A stretch of 64,000 nucleotides of DNA from a virus. The stretch is taken from IMG/VR virus record IMGVR_UViG_3300035684_000003, positions 1,878-65,877 of that record. One strand, 5' to 3'. The notes beneath the pieces are model-generated. The model ran no database searches, had not been told where the DNA came from, and worked only from the letters and a program-made list of their open reading frames with translations. Every line of letters starts with the position of its first letter. Position 1 is the first letter of the stretch. The translations under genes were made by a program, and so were the position numbers. Below are positions 47,478 to 57,883 of the stretch, one piece after another.

Positions 47478-48712
47478 ACCCCATTCAATTCACTCCACTC
47501 GAAGCCCCTCGGATATTTGGCGATAGAGACCTGCGCCAATATATGCTCGACATTATTGAACGCAACTCTGGCGGCAAAATTAACGACCGGGCACCCCATG
47601 CACCCACGGTAGTAATTACGGATGCGGTGGAATTTCGGGCAAGGGAACTGGAGTACGTGGCAGACCGCATCGCCGAAAAAGCTGCCATCCGACACCTGCA
47701 AACCTGCGGCATCCAGCGAATGATGGGACGCAAGGCGCAAGTAACCCTAGTTTTTACCCTCTCTGCCACCCTGACCCAGTTCGTACTGAGTAGGGGGTAC
47801 ATGGTGACGGGGGGAGGTTTGGAATTTTTCACAGACGAGGATGTGTTGGTAACCAACACGTTTCAATTCACCGTGACGGCTACGGCAAAGGAGCCAGGAA
47901 CGCGCTACAACGTCCCGCCTTACACTCTAAACAACCTAACTCAGACGCGAGCATTCCTGGCTTCAGTCACGAACTTGGAACGCGCAGCAGGCGGATTGGA
48001 CGCTGAAACGGAACAAGAGGCGATAGCGCGTGGATTTCAGGCAATCCGCCGGAAAAAAGGAGTATTAATCAGCGCCGACGACTTCGAGCAGTACGCGACG
48101 GAAGTACTGGGGGCTGGAAGTATCGCAAAAGCCATCGGGCTGCTGACCCCAGACAAACTTTCCAAAAAGCCGGGATACGTCCACCTGTTCTGCCTGAATA
48201 GCGACGGCTCCCAACTCACTCAGACCCAGGTTCAAACTTTAAAGTCCGAACTCCTGTTACAATTCCCCGTTTTCCTCAATGGGGAGTTTGAGGAAAAGGG
48301 TGTGACTATCGCTTCTGGAGTATCTGTGAGCTCCATTGACTTATATCCCCTGGAAATCTACTGCGTGGCAACATTAATCCCTGGCGACAATCCGGACATT
48401 AGAGCTAGGGCGATAGAATCAGCACTTTTAGAATTCCTGGAGCCGGGGCGTTTGCCACTAGGTCAGACAGTCATCCTCTACAGCTTGATAACCGTCGTTC
48501 AAAATGCGGGGGTGGCAGACGTACAGACTCTCAGCGCGAATGTTTCAAGCTTCGACGGGAACCAGATAAACGTTGAGACTTTTTACTCAAACATTCCGCT
48601 GCCAACCGAGTGGACGGCCTCGCACTTACTAGGGTGTTCGTTCACCCTGGTTGACCCCCTATCAAACCAAAGCTTTGAGTATGTTTTTGGCGAAGGAGGT
48701 GATTTAGATTGA
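47474..48712 (+). CDS. Baseplate J-like protein
   Basis: VTATAKEPGTRYN...GG.DAETEQE...SADDFE..A. Confidence 0.88.
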   Translation: MNPIQFTPLEAPRIFGDRDLRQYMLDIIERNSGGKINDRAPHAPTVVITDAVEFRARELEYVADRIAEKAAIRHLQTCGIQRMMGRKAQVTLVFTLSATLTQFVLSRGYMVTGGGLEFFTDEDVLVTNTFQFTVTATAKEPGTRYNVPPYTLNNLTQTRAFLASVTNLERAAGGLDAETEQEAIARGFQAIRRKKGVLISADDFEQYATEVLGAGSIAKAIGLLTPDKLSKKPGYVHLFCLNSDGSQLTQTQVQTLKSELLLQFPVFLNGEFEEKGVTIASGVSVSSIDLYPLEIYCVATLIPGDNPDIRARAIESALLEFLEPGRLPLGQTVILYSLITVVQNAGVADVQTLSANVSSFDGNQINVETFYSNIPLPTEWTASHLLGCSFTLVDPLSNQSFEYVFGEGGDLD

Positions 48713-49113
48713 TGGGTAACGAAACCTGGGGATTCCTCAAACACAATACTCCTTTTGCCAAAATCTTTCCGGATGGCAAGGTTCCTTTAATATCAATTTT
48801 CCCCATTATTCCTAGAGAAGATGGATATCCGGAATGCTATCTACTTGATGCCAAAAACTTATCCAATCTAGACGTAGCGATGCTTGCACAAATGGTAATG
48901 CAGTCGTGGTCAGATGAATGTCGCGACATAGGGGTTGCGATCGCTTACGTCCGAAATGGGTTGCCAATCAGGGTTGACCACTTTGAAACCGTTGGATCGT
49001 CAAGTCCAGCACTGCTGTTCGGGCTAATGGATGACTTAACAGAAGATTTTGGTAACAAAGTGGATTTCCCAGAAGACTACGAAGAGGAAGAGGGCGAGGA
49101 TTTCTTTTGGTGA
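48709..49113 (+). CDS. Hypothetical protein inserted between baseplate J and I
   Basis: 134-aa ORF overlapping both neighbours. Confidence 0.55.
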   Translation: MMGNETWGFLKHNTPFAKIFPDGKVPLISIFPIIPREDGYPECYLLDAKNLSNLDVAMLAQMVMQSWSDECRDIGVAIAYVRNGLPIRVDHFETVGSSSPALLFGLMDDLTEDFGNKVDFPEDYEEEEGEDFFW

Positions 49114-49718
49114 ATAACCCTTGGGCTGAAAAAAGACCAATATTTAAGAGCCTGCCAGAATACGGTTGGCAGGATAACGAGGTAGCCGACTGGATAACAT
49201 CCGCCTACGATGTGGTGCTCATCGAGTTCAAAGGAAAAATTTTAGACTTTGAGAAAGATTTCATCGACCCCGACACGGCAAGAGAAGACGCTCTAGATTG
49301 GCTGGCACAACTATGTGGCTATCAGCCCACTTATTGGGACGCTGGCTGGAAACCCCACATCAAGCGCGAACTCATCAAAAATCATCAACTGGTTTGGGGA
49401 TACAAGGGGACTCCAGAACTACTGAAATATTTGTTTGAACTGTTTGGGCTGGAAGCTGATATCCGCACCGTTGGCGCGTGGCAGGTGGGCGTGACGGCGA
49501 TAGGAAGTGCCATCGGGGGCGATTTATTAAGTTACTCCATCGTGATAAATTCACCGGGGCGAGCTTTTTACCTAAGAACCTCTGACGAGTGGCGGCTTAT
49601 TGAAAAGCTCAACCGCCTCTTCATGCCCTGCTGGTGCACAAGTGCAACCCTGAATGGCTCTTTTTTGCACTACAATCGTTGGCGCGTTGGACTCTCACAG
49701 GTGGGAGACCTGATTTAA
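49107..49718 (+). CDS. Baseplate I-like / phage tail protein
   Basis: DPDTA...LDWLAQ...R.LI...YKGT...L. Confidence 0.8.
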   Translation: MVNNPWAEKRPIFKSLPEYGWQDNEVADWITSAYDVVLIEFKGKILDFEKDFIDPDTAREDALDWLAQLCGYQPTYWDAGWKPHIKRELIKNHQLVWGYKGTPELLKYLFELFGLEADIRTVGAWQVGVTAIGSAIGGDLLSYSIVINSPGRAFYLRTSDEWRLIEKLNRLFMPCWCTSATLNGSFLHYNRWRVGLSQVGDLI

Positions 49719-49729
49719 AAAGAAATTTC

Positions 49730-49957
49730 ATGATTGACAAGAGTAAATTATGCCTTGGTGGCACCTACCGCCATTTCAAGGGCGGATTGTATGAGGTTGT
49801 TGGGGTAGCACGCCACAGCGAAACAGAAGAGTTGCTAGTGCTATATAAAAATTCACAGGGTGACCTTTGGGTTAGACCTTACGATATGTTCTTCGAGGTT
49901 GTCATTCACAATGGGAGAGAAGTACAACGGTTTAGTAGTGTTGGTGACCCAATATAG
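49730..49957 (+). CDS. DUF1653-family protein
   Basis: YRHFKGGLYEVVGVARHSETEELLVLYK...WVRPYDMF. Confidence 0.88.
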   Translation: MIDKSKLCLGGTYRHFKGGLYEVVGVARHSETEELLVLYKNSQGDLWVRPYDMFFEVVIHNGREVQRFSSVGDPI

Positions 49958-50005
49958 TGGGGGACTTCTCGGCAAATTAATTAAAGGAAATTTTCCTTAT
50001 TTTTC

Positions 50006-51196
50006 GTGACTCTAATCCAAGGAATCTTCAAAAACTCTGGGGGAGTAGCTCTGACATCGGGCGTCGTTCGCGTCAGGCTCGATGCGCCCCTCTCCGACGG
50101 ATTGACAGACCCAGATAGTTACCTACTGCCGATTGCCCACGAATTTGCAATCGTTAATGGTAGCGCCTCCTTCGACTTAAAAGAAAGCCAAACCAGGCAG
50201 GTGAGCTATGAGTTCACCGTCCTGCAAAGCTTCACCGACCACGACTACTACAAGCTAAACGGCGACTTTTACGCCACCAATCAAGACCTCCCTTCTCACC
50301 TCCACACAGATGGGAAATACTATTCGGGCGTATCTCGCAGCGCTGAATCTATCCCCTTGGAGCGGGTAGCGAGAACTCGATTAGAAACCGTGGGGGAAAG
50401 CTTTCGCGCCATCGTCCCCAACCAAGGACAGGTGGATTTTGGTCAATTGCAGCGAACGGGATTCGCCACCGACAGGCTCCCCCAAACTATTCAACAAGTC
50501 GCAGACTTACTGCTGGCCCAGCCAACGTTTCTGCTGTCTCTGATTAATGTCTTGGTGAGCCAGGGCACCTGGAACGCAGACATCCTCTATCGCCGAGGTA
50601 ATACGGTACTGGTGGGGGGAAGTTCCTATCAGTGCGTTGCGCCAACATCCATCAACCAACCACCCCTCACCAATACGCCCTCTGTTTGGCAAGCCTTAGC
50701 CCTCAAAGGGGACCCTGGAGGAACGGGCGGGAACAATGCGCCATTTAGCGCGGCGTGGAGTGGAGACTTGAACGCTCCCAGCAAAAACGCCATCCACGCC
50801 GAGCTCACGGAGAATCGGGCAACTAAACAAGAAGTTGCTGCCTTAGCTCCCCGCATTTCACCCGCACTTAGCGGACTCCCCACCGCCCCAACTCAACCAG
50901 TCGGAACGGGGACGGGAACCAACAGAACAGCGCTTGCCAATTGCGAATATGCAGAGAGAGCAGACGCCGCGCTGATTCAGCTGCCAATAAGCACAATCCT
51001 AATCGCCTCCTCCCCAAATCCACCGACAAGAACGGTGCGTGCAAACGGGCAGGCAATATCGCGAACAACCTTTAGTGGACTGTTCGCGATAATCGGGACT
51101 ACTTTCGGCACCGGAGATAATACCAGTACGTTCAACGTGCCAAACATAGCAAGTCCGGGGACTAACCTGTATTACGTGATTGTCACGGGTGTCTGA
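50006..51196 (+). CDS. Tail fibre protein with collar domain
   Basis: C-terminal ANGQAISRTTFSGLFAIIGTTFGTGD..STFNVPN. Confidence 0.8.
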   Translation: MTLIQGIFKNSGGVALTSGVVRVRLDAPLSDGLTDPDSYLLPIAHEFAIVNGSASFDLKESQTRQVSYEFTVLQSFTDHDYYKLNGDFYATNQDLPSHLHTDGKYYSGVSRSAESIPLERVARTRLETVGESFRAIVPNQGQVDFGQLQRTGFATDRLPQTIQQVADLLLAQPTFLLSLINVLVSQGTWNADILYRRGNTVLVGGSSYQCVAPTSINQPPLTNTPSVWQALALKGDPGGTGGNNAPFSAAWSGDLNAPSKNAIHAELTENRATKQEVAALAPRISPALSGLPTAPTQPVGTGTGTNRTALANCEYAERADAALIQLPISTILIASSPNPPTRTVRANGQAISRTTFSGLFAIIGTTFGTGDNTSTFNVPNIASPGTNLYYVIVTGV

Positions 51197-51404
51197 CGCG
51201 TGTGACGAGTCGGCTCATGAGGGTTAACGATAGCGAAGCGCTGCTGCTTACAGCAGATCGCGTCCTTCCCATGAGTTGATGCGATGCCAAGCCATGTCCC
51301 GTTGCAGTTCGTCAACTATATATTTCTGCCGGTCGTGGGAATGCTCCAGCAGAGCGTGTTCGCATTCCAAGTCGTAGAGCTTTTCCTCAGACTTAGACAA
51401 GGGT

Positions 51405-52112
51405 GTGCTACAGGCAGATGTGGAAGTTCAACGCCAATTTCGAGCTATTATCTATGAGTCTCGTCAGGGAGAACGGACAGATCTGAGTGATGAAACTTCT
51501 TATAGTGACTATAAGAAGTCAGATAACTCGATCGGCGAAATCCAGCAAGCGCGAATCCGAGCTGCAAACCGAGCAGCAGAAGCCATTCCAGTTATAAGTG
51601 AGTTACTGGATCGCAGACTCATAGCTATAGATGTGGCAGCACTGCTAGGTCGTGACATAAAAGACCCCGAAAACCTGACGGCAGAAGAGCGAGAGTATGT
51701 CGATAAGCGAGATTTGATTGGATACCGAATAAACGGTCATTCAAGAATGTCTGAGGCTACCGAGCGTGATGTTATTAAGGCTGTCTGCTGCGATATTCCT
51801 CTTGGAGAGGCTGTCCTAGATGCATATATGCTGCCTAGCGGCGAAAAGCGCATTGGTGTTGAGAATACAGGAGTTGCTCTGGGCTACTCAACACGCTTCT
51901 TTTACCAGCGAACAAAACGACAGTCAAAAGCGCTCAAAGCCTTACAGGGCATGGGATTTTCCGGCGAACAAATTTGGGTCAACATCCTTCGACAAGGAAA
52001 CCATCGGACAAATGCGTTCAACTTGTCCAGAGTGGACGGCTTGACCTTTCTAGGCTTTTCTAGAACGTCACAAGCCAAATTCACCCAGTCACACCCCTCA
52101 ATTACTAGTTGA
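51405..52112 (+). pseudogene. Mosaic/degenerate ORF containing an antirepressor-like fragment
   Basis: Internal segment IPLGEAVLDAYMLPSGEKRIG...LGYS resembles the N-terminus of cyanobacterial phage antirepressor-like proteins; joined to unrelated-looking sequence. Confidence 0.35.
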
Positions 52113-52324
52113 GTATTGCCCGACTCGTCCAAAATCCGCAACACCCTGTAAATCCTGCCAGATGGTGATTTCAGCACCCTAAATCGATTATTTGCAACAC
52201 TAGGTGCATCGTGAAATTTATTGGGGTTCGGAGAACTGTGCTACAGAGCGATGGTAATTTGCCACTGCGATCGCGTTGAGACTCCGGCTACTTAACGCAA
52301 CAGCGATCGCTCTCCAAGAAGATT

Positions 52325-52361
52325 AAACCCCGCCAAGTACAAGAAACTTGGCGGGGTTTTT
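52325..52361 (+). terminator. Rho-independent terminator
   Basis: AAACCCCGCCAAGT-ACAAGAA-ACTTGGCGGGGTTTTT. Confidence 0.75.
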
Positions 52362-52495
52362 GTTCGGAGGTACATTTGAGTAGTAGGTCATAAGTAACAG
52401 GTAACGGGTGGTAAAAAAAGGAAATTTTCCTTTAAATGCTCTCCACGCACCCCCAACCCCTAGACCCAATCTCCAACCCCTAACCCTTTTCCCTC

Positions 52496-52801
52496 ATGAG
52501 CAACAATTGGGCAGCTTTCAAGTTCAAACCAAACGAAGCACCCCCAAAGGTAACCGAAGGTACCGACCCGTTCAACGACCAAGCAGAGGCAGCATCCTAC
52601 CTGCAACCAGGCTCAGTAGAAGAGCCACCCAAAAAGAAGGCGATTCGCGACCTGAAGCGCGGCGATAAAGTGAAACTCGCCACTGGCGAAATTTTTGAGA
52701 TGACCAGCGTCGAAGCGATGGGCGGACGGTTCTTCGCTTTCAACGTAGAGGACGAGAATGACAGGCGAATGCTCAAAACATCAGAGGTTGAACTGCTGTG
52801 A
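52496..52801 (+). CDS. Hypothetical protein
   Basis: 101-aa ORF, first of a coupled three-gene block. Confidence 0.55.
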   Translation: MSNNWAAFKFKPNEAPPKVTEGTDPFNDQAEAASYLQPGSVEEPPKKKAIRDLKRGDKVKLATGEIFEMTSVEAMGGRFFAFNVEDENDRRMLKTSEVELL

Positions 52802-53217
52802 ACAAACAAAAGTGGAGATGGATTGACGCGGTAACTTGGCACTGCCAACCCACAGAGGATGCAGCGTTCCGATGTTGGATTGAGTGTCATCCGGGGAAAA
52901 GCAAAGTGGACTACCCTCGCAGCGAGTCTATTAAGGCGTTCAACGCCAGTTTGACGGGGCGAGTGTTCAATGCGATCGCTTCCTTCAACTACCGATGGCG
53001 CTGCCTGCTACTGCACCCGTGGCAATCTTTGAGACTGCTTGGCTGGTATTGGGACTATTACTATCGGTGCTACCAAGTTCAAAGGAAAGCTAGAATCACC
53101 ACCATAGAACCGCCTAAGAACGGCGAATGGTGGAACCCTGCCCTTTTACCACAAAGAGAGAATCTTGAAGGGTCGGGGGCAGGAGTCCTTGCAGAAAACT
53201 TGGAGGTTGCGCAATGA
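52798..53217 (+). CDS. Hypothetical protein
   Basis: GTGA overlap with the previous ORF. Confidence 0.5.
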   Translation: MNKQKWRWIDAVTWHCQPTEDAAFRCWIECHPGKSKVDYPRSESIKAFNASLTGRVFNAIASFNYRWRCLLLHPWQSLRLLGWYWDYYYRCYQVQRKARITTIEPPKNGEWWNPALLPQRENLEGSGAGVLAENLEVAQ

Positions 53218-53516
53218 AAATAGAAGAATTTTACAAGGAGGCGCAATTGTTCAAGGGGGCGATCGCTGCGTTCCTTCCCGTTGAATTTCAGTTAAGCGTC
53301 CCCACAGCGCAGACTTTGCCGATGGAAGAAGGCGACGCCCTTCCTACCTTTTGGTGGATGGGCGTCGCCTACAAAAGCTTGTGCTACAAGATGCGGATAA
53401 ATGCTTTTTATCTCTCAAAAGCAATTAAGGAAAAATCGCTTTCGACCTTTGCTCACCCGATTGCACAAGTGATTCTCAGACACGCCGCGTCTAGCTCGCA
53501 ACGCACTAACTACTGA
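53214..53516 (+). CDS. Hypothetical protein
   Basis: ATGA overlap with the previous ORF. Confidence 0.5.
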   Translation: MKIEEFYKEAQLFKGAIAAFLPVEFQLSVPTAQTLPMEEGDALPTFWWMGVAYKSLCYKMRINAFYLSKAIKEKSLSTFAHPIAQVILRHAASSSQRTNY

Positions 53517-53574
53517 AAAAGGAAAATTTCCTTTTTCCTTTAACCCTTCCCCCTTAACCCTTTACCTTTCCCTT

Positions 53575-54924
53575 ATGGCCTTGCCAATCTACCAACTCAA
53601 CAGCATCCCGAGCCCAGAAGAATTCAACTCCTTTCTCAGACCGCAATTCAACAAAAACGAAACCGAAGAGGAGTTCCCCGGACAATTACGCAGACTTAGA
53701 GACGTTTCCTTAAGCAACGACCCCACACAAATCAAAGGACGCTACACCGCTTTCGAGCAAGAATTGCAGGTAACAGCTGGGAGCGGGTTAGAAATCCGCT
53801 TCAACGGCGGCATTGTTGAGAGAGCTGATAGAACCTACTCGGTCATAGCACCCGGTCGATTACAGGTGTCCGACAACGCCCTAAACTATGTGTTCAGCCT
53901 TCAGGGCGTGGTCACCGCCTCAACGAGATTGCCAGAATTCTGCCGCCTTCTTGCTGAAGTCAGAGCCGCTGCTGGGGCAATTACGAGCGTCGTAAACCGC
54001 TCCGCCCGATTTGCCGAAACCTATCAGCCCAACATCCTCGAAGCCTTCATCGGGTCTGGCGAACAAGGAGACCTGGTTGTTTCGGGCACGACGCGACTGA
54101 GTGACGGTGAGTACAATTTCCGCAACGTAACGGTCGCCAATACCGGCAACCTGATTATTGATGGCAGCGCCATCATTCGCTGCTCGATATTCAGAAATGA
54201 CGGGCTAATTACCGTTGCTCCTCTAGCGGCGATAACCTCAACCGGAGCTTATCCCGGCGACAACGCGATTTATGGTGGGTTTACCGGGTCTGGGTTAGGA
54301 GCTGGTATAGGGGACTCTTCGACAAACACCTACAACTACACCTCCAGTCCCATCGGGTCTAGTGGGGCATTTGGGTATGGGAGGGGCACGGGAGGAGTCC
54401 TCTACACTTTATCCACACCTGGAAATGGAGGCGGATTTTTAATTGTTAAATGTTTCGAGTTTATAAATAATGGCACTATCACGGCTAACGCCAGTCCCGG
54501 CACACCTGGGACAGCTCCAAACACCGCCAACACGACAGCGATTATGTCTGGTGCGGGGGGGAGCAGCGGGGGATTAATTTTAATCAAGGCATTGAGCCTG
54601 ATTACTAACTCGGCTACTGCAATCTACAATGCTAGGGGCGGAGACGGCGCTAATGGAGCTCGCTCCAACAACACTGGAAACGCAGATGGAGGTTATCCAG
54701 GCGCGGGAGGGCGCATCGTATTTAATGCGCCAATTGTCAACAATAATCCCCTTTGCCAAATTAACCTGCAAGGAGGAATTACGGGAAGACCTGCTGGCGT
54801 TGCGGGTGGCAACTTAGGCGGCGCGGCGGGCGGGTCTTTTGGCGGCAGAGGAGGAGGCGTTAACAAGGGCGTTGCCGCCGATTCAGGGGTTCTGACAGTG
54901 CGGCTTTTCAGACCTGGAAGTTAG
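53575..54924 (+). CDS. Glycine-rich tail fibre / receptor-binding protein
   Basis: GGG-rich beta-helix-type C-terminal half (GNGGGFLIV, GGSSGGLILI, GAGGRIV). Confidence 0.65.
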   Translation: MALPIYQLNSIPSPEEFNSFLRPQFNKNETEEEFPGQLRRLRDVSLSNDPTQIKGRYTAFEQELQVTAGSGLEIRFNGGIVERADRTYSVIAPGRLQVSDNALNYVFSLQGVVTASTRLPEFCRLLAEVRAAAGAITSVVNRSARFAETYQPNILEAFIGSGEQGDLVVSGTTRLSDGEYNFRNVTVANTGNLIIDGSAIIRCSIFRNDGLITVAPLAAITSTGAYPGDNAIYGGFTGSGLGAGIGDSSTNTYNYTSSPIGSSGAFGYGRGTGGVLYTLSTPGNGGGFLIVKCFEFINNGTITANASPGTPGTAPNTANTTAIMSGAGGSSGGLILIKALSLITNSATAIYNARGGDGANGARSNNTGNADGGYPGAGGRIVFNAPIVNNNPLCQINLQGGITGRPAGVAGGNLGGAAGGSFGGRGGGVNKGVAADSGVLTVRLFRPGS

Positions 54925-55038
54925 TTAAAGGGGAAAAGGTTAAGGGAAAAAAGGGAAAAGGGAAAGAAGATTTTCCTTTTCCCCTTACCCCTTAACCCTT
55001 CCCCATCTTTCAACCCCTTACCCCTTAACCCTTCCCTT

Positions 55039-55686
55039 ATGCGATACCTTGTTTCAGAAGACCAAATAATATCCCAAGACTTCCCAGAGGGCGTAAACCC
55101 TCCCGCCAACGCAACAATAGTCGATGGGCCAGAAAGTGACAACTTGGCTCTTGTTTACCTCGATATTTCTGGCAGTATCAAACTAGTCCCCCCGAAACCA
55201 TCCCCCAGTCACATCTGGGATAGCGGTCTTAAAAAATGGGTCGAGAGCATTTCCCCATCCTCCTTGCCTCAAAGTTTAGAAGAGGCAAAAACACTTAAAA
55301 TTCAGCAGCTTTATCAAGAATGCGATCGCACTCTCGGACAATTCACCGTAGGGCGCAGCAACGAGGCGCTTTCGTGGTATGCCAAGGAAGTAGAAGCCAA
55401 AAGATTTTTGAGTGCAATTAATGATTCTGGCTCAGAAGAATTAGCCAGCTCTCAAGCCAACCTATTGGAGATAGCCCCTGCCCTCAAGGAAGAAGCGACC
55501 AGAGAGGGGATGAGTACAACAGAAATATTACAAGCCACAACAGTTCTGGCTCAAACTGTTGTGGCAAAGGCTGAGATGCTCAAAATAGAAGTGGCGCGTA
55601 TTGTCCGGGCTAGAACAATACAGAAAGAGGAAATTGATAAAATGACTGATGTTGAGTCGGTGATAAGTTTTTCAATTTCGTTCTAG
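55039..55686 (+). CDS. Tail fibre assembly/chaperone-like protein
   Basis: PPKPSPSH.WD....WV...LEEAK..KI motif; follows the fibre gene. Confidence 0.65.
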   Translation: MRYLVSEDQIISQDFPEGVNPPANATIVDGPESDNLALVYLDISGSIKLVPPKPSPSHIWDSGLKKWVESISPSSLPQSLEEAKTLKIQQLYQECDRTLGQFTVGRSNEALSWYAKEVEAKRFLSAINDSGSEELASSQANLLEIAPALKEEATREGMSTTEILQATTVLAQTVVAKAEMLKIEVARIVRARTIQKEEIDKMTDVESVISFSISF

Positions 55687-55992
55687 ATGAGTGAGCCACT
55701 TTGGGTAAAAGAGCTTGGTAAATTTACTCTACTTGAGTATCCCGATGAGCCAAATACTTTGCATTGCACAGTAACTTATCAGTTTGATTCGGATGAAATT
55801 GAAGAAGGCGACGAAGAAACTCTTACCTTTGCCTTTGGTAGTTGGGGATGTGACCGTGAAAGGATAACAGAGGCAGATTGTTTGCTTTGCTGCAAAGGTA
55901 TGCAAGCTTATAATGCAAATGTTTCGATATCATCCTTTCACAAAAATCTTGAGTTCATCTGGATGGAAGTTGAAGGGGTAGAGGAAGAGTAG
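55687..55992 (+). CDS. Hypothetical acidic protein
   Basis: 101-aa ORF abutting the previous gene. Confidence 0.55.
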   Translation: MSEPLWVKELGKFTLLEYPDEPNTLHCTVTYQFDSDEIEEGDEETLTFAFGSWGCDRERITEADCLLCCKGMQAYNANVSISSFHKNLEFIWMEVEGVEEE

Positions 55993-56014
55993 CGATTTGT
56001 GGCTCTTATCAAGT

Positions 56015-56043
56015 AAAAGCCCCTCATGAAGAAGGGGCTTTTT
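56015..56043. terminator. Bidirectional terminator between convergent operons
   Basis: AAAAGCCCCT...AGGGGCTTTT. Confidence 0.7.
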
Positions 56044-56083
56044 AGTCGGGAACATTCAGTCCTAACCTCATGTTAGAGGCTGA

Positions 56084-57883
56084 TTAAATCTGCATTAAAT
56101 ACTTAGCTTGTCCTGAAGGTATCCCCAAATTTAGTAATTGTCGGTAAGCGACACTTTTTGATATATCTTCCTCTGCCTTGACTCCTTCTTGATTTGAAGG
56201 CAAACTTTCCGTCGCCAAGTCCCGACGCGGTAAAACTTGTTTTACTTCGTTTGCTATAGCCCGTGCCATCTCAGACGGCAACCCATTTCCAAGCAGAGGT
56301 CCGAAAACAGACGGCGCGTCAGGCAGTTGATACCAGTCGTAAAGTCCCATCAGTCTCGCTACGCCGCGATTCGTTACCCGTCGCCACTCTCCATTGCCGT
56401 CCCAAGTGTTCAACCCGTCATGGCGAGAGCTGTTGTTCTGGTCAGTGAATATGGCGCTTTTGACCGTCCAGGCAGGGCATGAGCTTCCTCTGACTTGGGG
56501 GGTGGTGTTCCTGGCACCGGAGCGTTCAACGAGATAAAAAGGAAATTTTCCTTTTTCCAACTTGTTCAAATTTTTCAGCTGCCACGGTGCTGGCTGAGTC
56601 AGAGGAAAAGTATGAATTAAATCCCCCATCGCCCACCCCCATCCAAAAGGTGTAGCTTGCATTGCATCGGGCAAAAACACGGGGAAACGGGCTTGTGCGA
56701 CGGCAATTAAAATGAATCGCTTTCTGTCTTGAGCCACCCCGTAAGATGAAGCATTCAACACGCCATAGCGGTAGCGATATCCATTACGCCTGAGAGTTCG
56801 CCCAATAATTTTGAAACACTCAGAGTCTTTGTACTCACAAACGTTTTCAAGCACAAAAACAGACGGAAGTAACTCCTCTAATCCCTGTGCCGCAGCTTGA
56901 GCTACTTCAATATCCGTGCTGTTTTCCTTACCTTTTTGATTGGCTCGACTTAGATTCTTGCACGACTGAGTGAAAACCACGACAGCGGGACGGGACTGGG
57001 ACTTAAACCCTCCCCTTGCCGCATACTCTTGCAGAGTTTCCCGGATGACGGGCTTGCCAAAGTTGAGTTCGTAGCAGTCGGCGATGCGATCGCTCAGTTT
57101 CGGGTTCTTGGGGTCGCGGTCGATGTTGACCCCAATCTGGAAGCCTGCCTGAAAAAATCCAGCCGTCCCCACTCCTCCACCCCCACACCAAAAGTCAACA
57201 ACGGGAGCGTCTTCTTTAGGTTGAGGCTTGGGTTCACTTGCAAAAGGGGGTGGGGTCAAAGGAAAATTTCCTTTTTCTTCCTGTAGGGGGGAGTCCGCTT
57301 TTTCCTTGCAAGGCGAATAAGAACGCCGGTGAACTCCCTCGATTAGCCCATATCGAGCGATCGCAGCTTTGTGAAACACTGTGGCGTATCCGGAGTTCAT
57401 AGAAAAGCCATACTCCGGATAGTGCGCAGAAACTATGAGCCAGTACAGGTCGAGAGCGTGCTTAGCGACGATACTGGCGGCGGAAACCTCTAAGTGCGTA
57501 GCGTCAGCCGCTTTTTCGCGCCGAGACGCAATGCATAGCTTTGGCATCGCAAGGTCGCCTATCACGTCGCGGACTTCGTACCCTGAGGACTGGAGGTGAG
57601 CAACTGCTCTGCTAACCGCTAGCCCCTCGGCGGGATTGATTCCCAGTCTGTCTATTTCTTCTGGTGTCGCCGCCCCAAGCCCGACAACACAGCTAACCTG
57701 GATAAGTTTGACCAGCTTCGCCCTTTGGTCGGAGTTTGTTAACTTGGAGTCTTTGACGCCAGGAAGTGTCAGCCCTTCTGGAACTCCCACTACTGCCCAA
57801 ATGTTCAGTCCAGCACAGTTGCCCCGACCAACGCCATCGGCTCCCCATCGGTAATACTCAGCTTTGTCAATCATTGCTCGCAC
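56084..57883 (-). CDS. RNase HII-like domain fused to a C5-cytosine DNA methyltransferase
   Basis: GADGVGRG, VKDSK, AASIVAK, YGF..N.GYAT..H, HRRSY (RNase HII); FWCGGGG, QSCK, FVLENV, QDRKR, GNG (Dcm motifs I, IV, VI, VIII, X). Confidence 0.82.
   Translation of the reverse strand: MRAMIDKAEYYRWGADGVGRGNCAGLNIWAVVGVPEGLTLPGVKDSKLTNSDQRAKLVKLIQVSCVVGLGAATPEEIDRLGINPAEGLAVSRAVAHLQSSGYEVRDVIGDLAMPKLCIASRREKAADATHLEVSAASIVAKHALDLYWLIVSAHYPEYGFSMNSGYATVFHKAAIARYGLIEGVHRRSYSPCKEKADSPLQEEKGNFPLTPPPFASEPKPQPKEDAPVVDFWCGGGGVGTAGFFQAGFQIGVNIDRDPKNPKLSDRIADCYELNFGKPVIRETLQEYAARGGFKSQSRPAVVVFTQSCKNLSRANQKGKENSTDIEVAQAAAQGLEELLPSVFVLENVCEYKDSECFKIIGRTLRRNGYRYRYGVLNASSYGVAQDRKRFILIAVAQARFPVFLPDAMQATPFGWGWAMGDLIHTFPLTQPAPWQLKNLNKLEKGKFPFYLVERSGARNTTPQVRGSSCPAWTVKSAIFTDQNNSSRHDGLNTWDGNGEWRRVTNRGVARLMGLYDWYQLPDAPSVFGPLLGNGLPSEMARAIANEVKQVLPRRDLATESLPSNQEGVKAEEDISKSVAYRQLLNLGIPSGQAKYLMQI

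Noticed and set aside
29201-49718. Headless extracellular contractile injection system or tailocin
   Set aside because: Complete terminase, portal, protease and capsid genes are present, so this is a phage.
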